Source: Gemmatimonadales bacterium (GTDB taxonomy: Bacteria; Gemmatimonadota; Gemmatimonadetes; Gemmatimonadales; GWC2-71-9). From it: a stretch of 47,020 bases of DNA. Under the pieces are notes generated by a model. That model was not told where the DNA came from. It made no database searches and worked only from the letters and a program-made list of their open reading frames with translations. Position 1 is the first letter of the stretch. Each line of letters starts with the position of its first letter. A program made the translations under genes and the position numbers. The stretch is taken from NCBI GenBank assembly GCA_036270315.1, contig DATBCS010000035.1:1-47020 (forward strand), given 5' to 3'. Below are positions 1 to 8,839 of the stretch, in pieces.

Positions 1-493
1 GATCGACGAGGATGCTCAACGTGGACGACGACACGAAGTCCTGGACGGTGTCGACGTCGTCCGTCATCGTGCTGAGGAGCAGTCCGGTCTGGTGGGTGTC
101 GTAATAGTTGAACGAGAGGCGTTCGACGTGGTCGTACACCCGCATTCGCAGGTCGTTGGCCACCCACTGCCCCACGCTCTCCGTGTAGTAGTTATCGACG
201 TAGGAGGCAACGCCGCCGACGACGGCGAGCAGCACGAGTCCAAGCGCCGCCGCCCCCGCAAGCGCCATCCCGTTGGCGGTCAGCGCCGGGCCGAGCAGCC
301 GGACGACCCACGCCGGAACAGATTGCTGCCCGACCGCATAGTCGATGACGATTTTCAGCGGCCACGGCCCTGCGAGACTGGCGGCCGTCTCGACCAACAT
401 GGCCAGCAGGATGGTGACGAACCACACCCGGTACGGACCGGCGAGCTCGAGCACGAGGCGCGCCGTCCCTGTCGGCGACCTGTTACGCTTCAT
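1..493 (-). CDS. ABC transporter, fused permease/ATPase type (MsbA-like exporter), N-terminal part; partial, continues past the left edge
   Basis: Absent from the ORF track because there is no stop in the window. Reverse complement from ATG 493-491 reads MKRNRSPTGTARLVLELAGPYRVWFVTILLAMLVETAASLAGPWPLKIVIDYAV...DLRMRVYDHVERLSFNYYDTHQTGLLLSTMTDDVDTVQDFV. This is a typical ABC exporter transmembrane-domain N-terminus. Confidence 0.8.
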   Translation of the reverse strand, partial: MKRNRSPTGTARLVLELAGPYRVWFVTILLAMLVETAASLAGPWPLKIVIDYAVGQQSVPAWVVRLLGPALTANGMALAGAAALGLVLLAVVGGVASYVDNYYTESVGQWVANDLRMRVYDHVERLSFNYYDTHQTGLLLSTMTDDVDTVQDFVSSSTLSILVD

Positions 494-759
494 CGCGGTC
501 ATGTGAAGAACACGCCCTCGCGACCCTCGGCGCCCAGGCGAAGATCACCCGGGCTATCCGTCGCGTTCCGTACCGCTCGACGGATGGTGGCGCGGCCTTC
601 CGCGCCAAGGTATGACGAGCAGCGGTCGGGCGCAGGCGCACGGTTCGCTGCGAGGCGATGCCAGGTCCGCCTCCTCCGACCACACACGGTATTGCGCGCG
701 TCGGGCGTTCACCACGTGACCGCCACACTTGCGGCAGTGAATCGCCATCCGATTGCCCG

Positions 760-1158
760 TCAGACCAGCGAGGGGCATAGGTCGGTCACTCGTCCCGTCA
801 CTCGAACGCGAAACCCTGCACGCAGGTAGACGCGGGTCGCCTCCGGGCTTCGCGCGATGGCCGCGCTCACGGTATTCCCCGGCGCGAGCAACGCAAACCC
901 AGCCTCCGCCGCCGACGGACGCATGCCAGGGCCGAAGCCGGCGAGATCGAGCCGCTGGACCCGGATCGGAGCGGTCCAACGCCTTGCCGCGCCCGCGACG
1001 GAGTTCCCACAACAGATTCGCATCGTCTGCACAGAGTCCTCGACTTGCCGCAGTCCCGTGAGCAGCAACCAGCCCCCGATGCCGATCACCATGCAGATTC
1101 CGGCGAGTCGTCCGAATGGCGACTTGGGCGATGCCCGTGAGAACGCGAAGCGCTTCAC
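760..1158 (-). CDS. hypothetical protein (weak GNAT-like C-terminal motifs)
   Basis: In-frame GTG at 1158, 9 nt after the ALDH stop; the track ORF 760..1257 overlaps the ALDH 3-prime end. Third-position GC is moderately high. GIGGWLL and ATRVYLRAGFRV loosely resemble GNAT motifs, but no N-terminal half is present. Weak call. Confidence 0.25.
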   Translation of the reverse strand: MKRFAFSRASPKSPFGRLAGICMVIGIGGWLLLTGLRQVEDSVQTMRICCGNSVAGAARRWTAPIRVQRLDLAGFGPGMRPSAAEAGFALLAPGNTVSAAIARSPEATRVYLRAGFRVRVTGRVTDLCPSLV

Positions 1159-1166
1159 ATCGTGGC

Positions 1167-2639
1167 CTAGAACGGGTATTGGCGCTGACCTGAGTGCGCA
1201 TTGATCCAGATCATGTCGCTGAAGTCGTCGAGGCTGCGTGGACCCGTACGGCCCCAACCACTATCCCGGACTCCCCCCATCGGGGCATGAATCTCGTCAT
1301 TGACGGTCGGTGAATTGACGTTCACGATTCCAGCAAGCACCTTCGGCGCCATCTCGAACGCCTTGTATGTATTCCCAGCCAGAATCGAAGACGTGAGGCC
1401 GTACAAGGTGCGGTTCGCGGCGGTGATCGCTTCTTCCGCTGTATCAACAACTTCGACGACGACGACCGGTCCGAACGTTTCCTCGTTAGCGATAGCCGCG
1501 TCCAGCGGGACGTCGGTCAAAATCGTCGGGAAGTAGATCTGACCCTCGTACCTCGCGCCCGTGTGCACCTTGGCTCCCCTGGCGACAGCCTCCTTCACGC
1601 GGTCGTCAATCATCTTTACCGCATCACGGGTGATGATCGGACCGATAATGGTCTTTGGGTTCAGGGGATCACCTGCGGGCAGACCATTGGTCCGGGCCAC
1701 GAACTTCCCGAGAAACTCCTGGTAAATCTTGCGCTGAATGATGATGCGTCGTGTATTCAGGCAGATCTGGCCCTGATGAAAGAAGGATCCGAACGTCGCG
1801 GTGCGGACTGCATAATCGACGTCTACGTCGTCGAGAATGATCATCGGATTGAAACCGCCGAGCTCCAGCACGGTGCGCTTCAAGGTTCGGCCAGCGCGCT
1901 CCGCCAGCAGGCGTGCGGTCTTGACTCCCCCGATCAGATTTATGACGCGCACTTCAGGACGATCGAAGAACTCGTCCGCGATGGCAGCCGCGGTCCCTGG
2001 CGCATGCGTCACAACGTTGATCACTCCTGGAGGGAACCCCGCCTCTTCAGCGACCTCGGCGACCATGATCCCGGCCGAGACCGGAGCGAACTCGGATGGC
2101 TTGACTACTACGGTATTTCCAGCCGCGACTGGCGAAATTACCGCCCGCCACGAGAGGACGTTGGCTCCGTTCCACGGCGTGAAACAGGCGACGACGCCCA
2201 GCGGACGCCGAACGCCGACGGAATGGGTGCCTCGTAGATTCGTCTCGAGAACTTCGCCTTTGGGGAGATATACCCAGCCCGCGACCTGCTGGAGCGTTGC
2301 TGCGACCAGGTCCTGCTGGAAGGTCGCGAATGAAATGGTCGATCCAGTTTCACGCGCCAGCACCTCGGCGATCTCGCTGCGCCGGCGCCTGACGATTGCC
2401 GCAGCGTTCAGGAATAGACGCGCTTTGTCCGCCGGTGGGGTTTCCGACCATCCGCTGAACGCTCGTGCCGCAGCGTCGACTGCGACGCGCGCATCAGCGC
2501 CAGAGCCTGCCGCGACACGGGCGAAGAGCTCTCCGCTGAACGGCTCGCGGACCTCAAAGACGTGGTTGTCCTCGGTCTGTCGCCACTGGTTACCAGCGAA
2601 ATAGCCGTATTCTTTGACATCGACTGGTGTGGCGGTCAT
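1167..2639 (-). CDS. NAD(P)-dependent aldehyde dehydrogenase
   Basis: Track ORF 1167..2714 trimmed to ATG 2639 (MTATPVDVKEYGY...), which has GGGAGA 8 nt upstream. ALDH hallmarks are present: VLELGGFNP (catalytic Glu region), FHQGQICLNTRR (catalytic Cys) and FTPWNGAN. Confidence 0.9.
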   Translation of the reverse strand: MTATPVDVKEYGYFAGNQWRQTEDNHVFEVREPFSGELFARVAAGSGADARVAVDAAARAFSGWSETPPADKARLFLNAAAIVRRRRSEIAEVLARETGSTISFATFQQDLVAATLQQVAGWVYLPKGEVLETNLRGTHSVGVRRPLGVVACFTPWNGANVLSWRAVISPVAAGNTVVVKPSEFAPVSAGIMVAEVAEEAGFPPGVINVVTHAPGTAAAIADEFFDRPEVRVINLIGGVKTARLLAERAGRTLKRTVLELGGFNPMIILDDVDVDYAVRTATFGSFFHQGQICLNTRRIIIQRKIYQEFLGKFVARTNGLPAGDPLNPKTIIGPIITRDAVKMIDDRVKEAVARGAKVHTGARYEGQIYFPTILTDVPLDAAIANEETFGPVVVVEVVDTAEEAITAANRTLYGLTSSILAGNTYKAFEMAPKVLAGIVNVNSPTVNDEIHAPMGGVRDSGWGRTGPRSLDDFSDMIWINAHSGQRQYPF

Positions 2640-2710
2640 GAACTCATCTCCCGCAATCCTGCTCGATCGTCTGGTCCGCCGCTGGTACACGATGAACGCG
2701 AGCCTGGGTG

Positions 2711-2801
2711 GCAATTACCGGACCAGTTGCAAAGCGTTGCAATGAGAGATCTTGTGATGGGAAGCGGTGGCGAGTTTTCGACGCTGGTGAAATGCTGGAC
2801 A
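2711..2801 (-). promoter_or_regulatory. sigma-54 promoter module A (-24/-12 element plus three-hexamer upstream array) driving the aldehyde dehydrogenase gene
   Basis: Minus strand: TGGTCCGGTAATTGC at 2725-2711, with GG and GC at consensus spacing, 72 nt upstream of ATG 2639. Upstream array TGTCCA(2801-2796)-gcatt-TCACCA(2790-2785)-gcgtcgaaaac-TCGCCA(2773-2768). Gap from the last hexamer to TGG is 42 nt. Confidence 0.7.
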
Positions 2802-2875
2802 ATCCGCAACGTTCTGGCACCCACCTTTGTTCGGCAGTCCGCGCGCCGTGCGGGGGCCCGTGCGGCCCAACACTG

Positions 2876-3010
2876 TCCCGACTAACGGCTCCCGGACTTC
2901 GAAGAGGTGGTTATCCCCTGCCTCGCCACTGGTTATCGACGAAGAGCCGTATTCCTTGACATCGACTTGCGTTGTCCATGAACGGATCTCGCGCAGTCTT
3001 GCAGATCGCC
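2876..3010 (-). pseudogene. decayed duplicate of the aldehyde dehydrogenase 5-prime UTR plus about the first 35 codons
   Basis: Nucleotides 2886-2979 align with 2541-2639, and 2980-3008 with 2640-2670, at roughly 80 percent identity by eye. The duplicate includes its own ATG (2979-2977). It reads ..VDVKEYG...DNHLFEVREP versus PVDVKEYGYFAGNQWRQTEDNHVFEVREP in the intact gene. Small indels put its ATG out of frame with the conserved peptide. Confidence 0.75.
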
Positions 3011-3045
3011 TTCGCCATGGATGGGTGTCGGCTGGAGGACAAGGG

Positions 3046-3789
3046 CTAACGGCTTGCCTTTTCATCGGGCGACACCATGGCAACGAAGTCCTCATTGCTG
3101 AGGACATGCGACCACAGGGTGTACACGCTATTCAGCATCATCTCAGACAGCGGTTGCGTATACGCCGCCATGGACTCCTTGAGCGCATAGACGTGGTAGC
3201 CGAGATCATACCCGGCCGTCACCGTCGCATAGGCGCACACGTCGACGGTGAACCCGGCAACGGCGATGTTTTTGATCCCGCGTGAGCGAAGAATCTCATT
3301 CAAGCCGGTTCCGCCAAAAGCCGAACTCTGGATGCGCGGCGCCAAAATCAGGTCCTTGTCATTCGGTCCGGGAGCCAGCGGGGGATAGGAAGCGGCCTTC
3401 GGCGTGCCGGTCTTGAAGGCCTGCGCTAGCATTCCATACCGATGAAAAGCGCCAGGATTAGTGGGGTCGAGCTCGCGATAATCGCTCGTGTAGCCCTCAG
3501 TAACGTGGATGATCCAAACGCCGAGCTCACGCGCTTTCTTGACTAACGTGACGGTCCGATCCAGCATCCCACCTTCAATGTCTTTTTTCACCGCGCCGTA
3601 GCTGCCGCCCGCCGGATTCGTGAACGGGTATTGGAAATCGACAAGAATAAGCGCGGTTTCGGTCGGCTTGAGATGCGTTTCAAGTGGTGGGAGCTGGGCC
3701 TGCGCGTCTGTTGCCACACACAGCGACGTCGCCAGCAACATCATCACGAAAGCGCGGCTGGCCCTGCAGATTTTCGCGTCATTGGGCAT
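3046..3789 (-). CDS. isochorismatase-family (cysteine hydrolase) protein with N-terminal signal peptide
   Basis: Track ORF 3046..3885 trimmed to ATG 3789 (MPNDAKICRASRAFVMMLLATSLCVATDAQAQ, signal-like). Family hallmarks: LILVDFQ (Asp), a VTLVKKAREL region (Lys) and AGFTVDVCAYATV (Cys). Confidence 0.85.
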   Translation of the reverse strand: MPNDAKICRASRAFVMMLLATSLCVATDAQAQLPPLETHLKPTETALILVDFQYPFTNPAGGSYGAVKKDIEGGMLDRTVTLVKKARELGVWIIHVTEGYTSDYRELDPTNPGAFHRYGMLAQAFKTGTPKAASYPPLAPGPNDKDLILAPRIQSSAFGGTGLNEILRSRGIKNIAVAGFTVDVCAYATVTAGYDLGYHVYALKESMAAYTQPLSEMMLNSVYTLWSHVLSNEDFVAMVSPDEKASR

Positions 3790-3880
3790 GTGTGGTGACC
3801 TCGAGGTTGGAATGGGGCAGACCGCGTCGCGGAACAGTTGAGAGCTCCCCCCGCGCCCGGAGATGAACAAGAGCTGAGAC

Positions 3881-3971
3881 AGCAATTACCGGACCAGTGC
3901 AAGGCCCTGAGATCACAGCTTTTGTAGACGCGAGCCCTGGCGAGTCTTCGCCGCTGGTGAAATGCTGGACA
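3881..3971 (-). promoter_or_regulatory. sigma-54 promoter module B driving the secreted isochorismatase-family gene
   Basis: Minus strand: TGGTCCGGTAATTGC at 3895-3881, the same 15-mer as module A, 92 nt upstream of ATG 3789. Array TGTCCA(3971-3966)-gcatt-TCACCA(3960-3955)-gcggcgaagac-TCGCCA(3943-3938). Gap to TGG is 42 nt. Confidence 0.7.
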
Positions 3972-4008
3972 ATCAACCGGCGTTCGGCGTGACGGCTCGC
4001 AAATCCTC

Positions 4009-4968
4009 CTATCGTGAGCGGCCGCGGAGTCTCTCAGCGAGAAAAGTTCCTATGGCATCGAGCGCCTCCCCAGCCGCCTTAACAGCGCCAACACTGATGA
4101 CAAAGCCGTGCGGCATTCCCATCCACACGTCGAGCCGTGCGTCGACGCCTGACGCCAACGCCCGCTCGACATATCGCCGGGAGTCGTCGAGGAGTATTTC
4201 GTCATCGCCAACATGAATCTGTAGCGGAGGAAGCGCCGCTAGCGGCGCGTAGAGCGGTGAGGCCCGCGGGTCCTTAGGATCTGCCTTTCCTAAGTAGGAG
4301 TGCACCAAATCCGCAGCTTGTGCTTTGGTGAAGTACGGGTCGGAGGCCGCGCGGGTCTCGTATGTCTCTCCCGACAGTGTGAGGTCAGTAATCGGTGAGA
4401 CCGCCGCTATTCCAACAAGGCGCGCCCCGTCGGCATTTGGATCTGCGCTGACTTGTGAAGCGAGCGCGAGGGCGAGATTACCCCCGGCTGAGTCTCCGGT
4501 AACAACCAGTCGGCGCTTGTCTCCTCTAAGGGCGCCGTAGCAAGCCACCACATCATTGATCGCTGCCGGAAATGAGTGCTCGGGCGCCAGTCGGTAGTCG
4601 GGAACAAAGGCATCGGTGCTCGCTCTGTCCGCGATGTGTGCGACGAGATGACGGTACGCGGTCGCGGTCCCAAAATTGAACCACCCGCCGTGCAGGTGCA
4701 GCAGCGCGGTTGCGGCGTCACTTGAGCGGGCGCGAACCCAAAGCCCCGGCACCCCTCCGACGACGTCGGGTTCGAAGGTGACGCCCGCACGCGGTACAAC
4801 ACGTTCCATCAAGGCGTCGTAGGGAACCCGCGCATTAACACCACGTAAGGCACCCTTCGCTGCGCGCGCCTGCACTCGGATCGCGTCCATGATGGCACTG
4901 TCCTCTGGGGTGACCGGATGAACTACGACCTTGCTTGCGGCCACGCTCCCACTCTTTACACCCTTCAT
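4009..4968 (-). CDS. alpha/beta hydrolase fold-3 esterase/lipase (hormone-sensitive-lipase family)
   Basis: HGGW oxyanion motif (LHLHGGWFNFG), GDSAGG nucleophile elbow and a C-terminal MPHGF His region. Start set to ATG 4968, with AAGGAG 6 nt upstream; the track start at 4989 is a GTG. Confidence 0.88.
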   Translation of the reverse strand: MKGVKSGSVAASKVVVHPVTPEDSAIMDAIRVQARAAKGALRGVNARVPYDALMERVVPRAGVTFEPDVVGGVPGLWVRARSSDAATALLHLHGGWFNFGTATAYRHLVAHIADRASTDAFVPDYRLAPEHSFPAAINDVVACYGALRGDKRRLVVTGDSAGGNLALALASQVSADPNADGARLVGIAAVSPITDLTLSGETYETRAASDPYFTKAQAADLVHSYLGKADPKDPRASPLYAPLAALPPLQIHVGDDEILLDDSRRYVERALASGVDARLDVWMGMPHGFVISVGAVKAAGEALDAIGTFLAERLRGRSR

Positions 4969-5062
4969 CCCAGCTCCTTTATGGACCACCGCGCTCTAGT
5001 GAGACTCAGACCGCCTAATCGGCGAACCGTCTCCTTCATCAGAGTTCTGAGGGGTACTCTCT

Positions 5063-5758
5063 TCACGACGCGCTTCTGGCTTCATTGTCCAACTCCCACG
5101 CCAGAACGGCACCCGAGGCGCCGGCGTGCTCGAAGAGTATCTGTGCCACCTCTCCAAGCTTTTCCGTGCGCGCCCAATCACGCTGTAGCTCTCCGGCCAT
5201 CCCCAACCACGTGATTGGCTGGACACCGGCGGCTACCAGGCGACGGATGGCCATGTCATGCGCCTCTGCGGACACACCGCCAGAGGCATCGGTGACGGCA
5301 TAAACGTCGTAACCGTCACCCATGGCATGGATCGCGGGTTGCGCAAGACACATCTCGGACCACAGCGCAGCAATGACCAGCTTCTTTCGGCCGGTCCTCT
5401 TCACGGCCTCGACAACGCGCCGGTCCTCCCAAGCATTGATAAAGCTGCGGTCGATAGGCTTCTGATCGGGGAACACAGCCTGGAGTTGCTTGATGATGGC
5501 CCCACCGCGGTTCGCGCCGATCGTAGTGAGAATCGTCGGGACTCCGAACGTCTTGGCAGTCCTGGCAAGACCCGTCACGTTGTTAACCACCATGGTTGGC
5601 TCATGGCTGTTCACATTTGCCAGCTGAGACGGCTGATGATCGATCAGGAGAAGGACGCAGTTGTCGGGGGTGAGGAGTGCATCGAGGCCGACCCTCGTAA
5701 ACGTCTGCATAGTCAGTGTGATTCCTCTTTTCGTTGTGGTCTGCGTACGCTTCGTCAT
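5063..5758 (-). CDS. isochorismatase-family hydrolase, YcaC-like
   Basis: VLLLIDHQP, PTILTT, INAWED, KKLVIAALWSEMCLAQPA (Cys) and VYAVTDASGG are collinear with my recollection of E. coli YcaC. ATG 5758 overlaps the upstream stop (ATGA). An alternative ATG lies at 5707. Confidence 0.85.
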   Translation of the reverse strand: MTKRTQTTTKRGITLTMQTFTRVGLDALLTPDNCVLLLIDHQPSQLANVNSHEPTMVVNNVTGLARTAKTFGVPTILTTIGANRGGAIIKQLQAVFPDQKPIDRSFINAWEDRRVVEAVKRTGRKKLVIAALWSEMCLAQPAIHAMGDGYDVYAVTDASGGVSAEAHDMAIRRLVAAGVQPITWLGMAGELQRDWARTEKLGEVAQILFEHAGASGAVLAWELDNEARSAS

Positions 5759-5988
5759 ATGACGGTCAGATGTACTGCTCTCGCACGCCTGCGTACCCGT
5801 TGAGCTGCGTTCACGTGGCGGCCTGGTGAGAAATCGTCTCCCGCGACGGTCACCGTTCCCGTGACATCACTGAAGCGACCTCGCACCGTCGCAATCATCA
5901 GATGTCTCACCGCGAACTCGACGTTCGAGTGGACTGAATCGATCTGCCACATGGTCTTGTTGGACGCTGCGGCTTGCATCGCTGCCAT
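5755..5988 (-). CDS. YceI-like N-terminal fragment (77 aa, truncated relative to the roughly 170-190 aa family)
   Basis: WQIDSVHSNVEFAVRHLMIATVRGRFSDVTGTVTV matches the first strands of YceI-like lipid/polyisoprenoid-binding proteins, and similarity then stops. GGAGG lies 6 nt upstream of ATG 5988. The stop overlaps the next start (ATGA). Confidence 0.5.
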   Translation of the reverse strand: MAAMQAAASNKTMWQIDSVHSNVEFAVRHLMIATVRGRFSDVTGTVTVAGDDFSPGRHVNAAQRVRRRARAVHLTVI

Positions 5989-6057
5989 TCAAACCTCCAC
6001 CAAGTGCTCGGTGCACTGCGGCACGGCGCTAGCATGTAGAGATGATCCGAGGATCTA

Positions 6058-6150
6058 GCAATAGCCGGTCCATCTCATAAGTTGTTGACATCAAACGATG
6101 TCCTAGTCGATCACGACTGGCGATAATTCGACAATGGCGAATTCTGGACA
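6058..6150 (-). promoter_or_regulatory. sigma-54 promoter module C driving the YceI-fragment, YcaC-like and esterase genes, divergent from the regulator gene
   Basis: Minus strand: TGGACCGGCTATTGC at 6072-6058, 70 nt upstream of ATG 5988. Array TGTCCA(6150-6145)-gaat-TCGCCA(6140-6135)-ttgtcgaatta-TCGCCA(6123-6118). Gap to TGG is 45 nt. Confidence 0.7.
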
Positions 6151-6175
6151 GAGGGCAGACTTGGAGAGGCGATCA

Positions 6176-8728
6176 ATGGACCAGCCATTTGAAATACAGC
6201 TGCGAGCCATGCTTGACATGATTCCGGCGCACACGTGGTACGCAGCGCCCTCGGGCGCCCTCCTCTTCGTCAACCAACGGAGCGCGGAATACCTTGGCCT
6301 CGCGCAGGATCACCCACTTCGGCTCGGAACCGACACCGCTGCGGCTTGGGATTCCCATCTCTCGTCGTTTCTGCATCCGGACGATCAGGAAGCCACCGGG
6401 AAAGCCTGGTCAGAGTGCTTACGTACTGGCTGCCCTGGTGAAGCGAGTTTTCGAGTCCGCGACTGCGAAGGCAATTACCGTTGGTTCCTGAGTCGCGCGG
6501 CGCCTCTCCGGGGGAACGACGGAACGGTGCTCTACTGGATCGGCATCACTCTCGACATCGAAGAACACAAGCAGGCCGAGTTTCAACTTCGGCGGGGCAA
6601 GGCGCATTTGGCAGATGCGCAAAGACTCAGCCGGACCGGAGCTGTCGGAATCGCAGTAAGCACGAAGCGGCTATTCTGGTCCGATGAAGCGGCTCGGATT
6701 TATGGGTACCCTCCGGGAACGGAACCCACGCCTGATTTGATACTGCAAAGATCTCATCCTGACGATTTGGATCTTCTCAAAGACGTTCTTCAGCGTGCGG
6801 CGCAGGGTGGCAGCGCCTTCGACTTTGAGCATCGGTTGCTGATGCCCGACGGCTCGATAAAGCACCTTCATGATCTTGCACATGGCCTTAAGGACGAAGC
6901 AGGCAATGAAGAAATTGTCGGCGCGATCATGGATGTCACGGAACGTAAGGTTGGGGAGGAAGCGATACGGCGAAGCCAGGCGTATCTGGCCGAAGCCCAA
7001 AACCTCAGCCATACAGGCAGCTTCGGGTGGAAAGTTTCCAGCGGGGAGATCTTCTGGTCTGAAGAAACGTTCCGAATATTCCAATGCGATAGAACCACCA
7101 CACCGACGGTGGAATTTGCCCTTTCGCGAGTCCATCCGGCGGACCGGGATCTCGCACAGCAACTAGTCGACCGCGCATCCGGTCACGGTGAGGCGTTCGA
7201 CGTCGAGCTTCGGCTCCAATTGCCCGACGGCTCTGTCAAGCATGTCCGTGTGACCGCCCATCCCACCCACGATACCTCGGGCAACCTTGAGTTCATAGGA
7301 GCAGTTACCGATGTCACAGAGCAAAAGCAGTTAACCAAAGCGTTGCGCGAGAGTGAGATGGAGCTCAGACAAACGCTGGATTTCGCGCCACAACTGATCT
7401 GTGTCTTCGGACCCCACTTCCGGCCCCTATACGCCAACCGCGCCTGTCTTGAGTATGCCGGCGTCAGCGTCGACGAGTGGAGGCAGGGCGAACCCCACAC
7501 TCATCCTGACGATCTCGAACGGATTAAGCCGCTTGCAGAGCGGGCGTTATTGACCGGCATGCCCTTCGAAGCGGAACAACGCATACGGCGTAGCGATGGA
7601 AGCTACCGCTGGTTTCTCGCTCGGTACAATTCGGTGCGCGACGACGACGGCCAGATGATTCGCTCGTACATCGCCTGCACCGATATCGACGATCGCAAGC
7701 GCGCTGAGGAGCGGTTGCGAGAGGAAAACGTGGCGCTCCGCGAGGAAATTGACAAAGCATCGATGTTCGAAGAGATCGTTGGCGGGTCGCCAGCGCTGAC
7801 GGCCGTGCTCTCGCGCGTCTCTAAGGTCGCAAGCAGCGATTCGACCGTTCTCATCACCGGTGAGACCGGCACCGGAAAAGAGCTCCTGGCGCGAGCTATT
7901 CACCGGCGATCCAAACGCGCCTCCAGAGCTTTCGTGGCCGTAAACTGCGCGGCCATTCCGCGCGATCTGATCGCGTCTGAACTCTTCGGTCACGAAAAGG
8001 GAGCATTCACCGGCGCCACCCAGCGGCGGCTGGGCCGGTTCGAGCTGGGGGACGGCGGCACGATCTTCCTGGATGAAATTGGCGAATTGTCACTTGAGAT
8101 GCAGATCGCGTTCTTGCGCGTCCTCCAAGAGCGAGAATTCGAGCGCGTGGGAGGACAGGAGCGGATCCGGATTGATGTTCGTGTCATCGCCGCAACCAAT
8201 CGTGACCTGACGGCTGCGGTCGCCGAGGGCGCCTTCCGCCAGGATCTCTTCTACAGGCTCAATGTGTTCCCTGTCGAGATGCCATCTCTCCGAGTGAGGC
8301 AGGATGATATTCCCGTCTTGGTGGAGTACTTTATCGGCCGTTACGCTCGGAAGGCAGGGAAGACTTTCCGGCGCGTAAGCAAGAAGACCCTGGACCAGCT
8401 GCAGGCGTATCCGTGGCCCGGCAACATTCGAGAGTTACAGAACGTAATTGAACGATCGGTGATCGTCTCTGACACCGAGGACTTTCAGGTGGACGAGAAC
8501 TGGCTGTCCGCAAAGCCCCGAATGGACAGTCGGCTCGGCCTGGCCGGCGCCGTAGCAGCTCAGGAGAAGGCGCTCATCGAAGATGCTTTGGGCGCGAGCG
8601 GCGGACGTGTGTTCGGGCCTTCAGGAGCGGCTGCGCGATTGGGGGTTCCTCGTTCCACCCTCGAATCGAGAATCAGAGCCCTGAAGATAGACAAGGCTCG
8701 TTTTCGTGCGGGAGCCACGCGCTCGTGA
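6176..8728 (+). CDS. sigma-54-dependent transcriptional activator (bacterial enhancer-binding protein) with four N-terminal PAS domains
   Basis: AAA+ sigma-54 interaction module: Walker A GETGTGKE, the diagnostic GAFTGA loop (EKGAFTGA), Walker B TIFLDEIG and WPGNIRELQNVIE. C-terminal Fis-type HTH (AARLGVPRSTLESRIRALKI). Four PAS-like repeats each end in a DVTE/DIE-type motif. Start set to ATG 6176 with GGAGAGG 7 nt upstream; the track ATG 6134 would lie inside upstream array C. Confidence 0.92.
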   Translation: MDQPFEIQLRAMLDMIPAHTWYAAPSGALLFVNQRSAEYLGLAQDHPLRLGTDTAAAWDSHLSSFLHPDDQEATGKAWSECLRTGCPGEASFRVRDCEGNYRWFLSRAAPLRGNDGTVLYWIGITLDIEEHKQAEFQLRRGKAHLADAQRLSRTGAVGIAVSTKRLFWSDEAARIYGYPPGTEPTPDLILQRSHPDDLDLLKDVLQRAAQGGSAFDFEHRLLMPDGSIKHLHDLAHGLKDEAGNEEIVGAIMDVTERKVGEEAIRRSQAYLAEAQNLSHTGSFGWKVSSGEIFWSEETFRIFQCDRTTTPTVEFALSRVHPADRDLAQQLVDRASGHGEAFDVELRLQLPDGSVKHVRVTAHPTHDTSGNLEFIGAVTDVTEQKQLTKALRESEMELRQTLDFAPQLICVFGPHFRPLYANRACLEYAGVSVDEWRQGEPHTHPDDLERIKPLAERALLTGMPFEAEQRIRRSDGSYRWFLARYNSVRDDDGQMIRSYIACTDIDDRKRAEERLREENVALREEIDKASMFEEIVGGSPALTAVLSRVSKVASSDSTVLITGETGTGKELLARAIHRRSKRASRAFVAVNCAAIPRDLIASELFGHEKGAFTGATQRRLGRFELGDGGTIFLDEIGELSLEMQIAFLRVLQEREFERVGGQERIRIDVRVIAATNRDLTAAVAEGAFRQDLFYRLNVFPVEMPSLRVRQDDIPVLVEYFIGRYARKAGKTFRRVSKKTLDQLQAYPWPGNIRELQNVIERSVIVSDTEDFQVDENWLSAKPRMDSRLGLAGAVAAQEKALIEDALGASGGRVFGPSGAAARLGVPRSTLESRIRALKIDKARFRAGATRS

Positions 8729-8734
8729 AGTGAT

Positions 8735-8825
8735 TGGTCAGGATTTCACCACTGGGGAACATTCGTACGTTTGCCTCTCGCACAACCCGCGCCATCTCCA
8801 TCACATGGGGTGGCCCGCCAGTTGC
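8735..8825 (+). promoter_or_regulatory. sigma-54 promoter module E upstream of the STAS gene
   Basis: Plus strand: TGGCCCGCCAGTTGC at 8811-8825. Degenerate array with the same architecture: TGGTCA(8735-8740)-ggatt-TCACCA(8746-8751)-ctggggaacat-TCGTAC(8763-8768). Gap to TGG is 42 nt, as in A and B. The GC element is only 15 nt before ATG 8840. Confidence 0.55.
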
Positions 8826-8839
8826 ACTACAGCGCAGCT

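Noticed and set aside
554-748. 64-aa minus-strand ORF MAIHCRKCGGHVVNARRAQYRVW..., possibly a zinc-ribbon protein. An adjacent frame (483..728) ends inside the ABC start codon region.
   Set aside because: It has only one Cys pair and no second metal-binding pair in frame. The rest of the sequence is Arg/Pro-rich, and no family could be recognised. It could be a frameshifted relic, but I cannot support a call.
92-829. Plus-strand 245-aa ORF at the left edge.
   Set aside because: Its first 400 nt are antisense to the clearly recognisable ABC exporter N-terminus (1-493, minus). The translation has no motifs and is Arg/Pro-rich.
2814-2830. Plus-strand TGGCACCCACCTTTGT, resembling a sigma-54 -24 element.
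   Set aside because: The -12 position reads TTTG instead of TTGC, so there is no GC at the required spacing. There is no three-hexamer array upstream on that strand and no plus-strand gene downstream.
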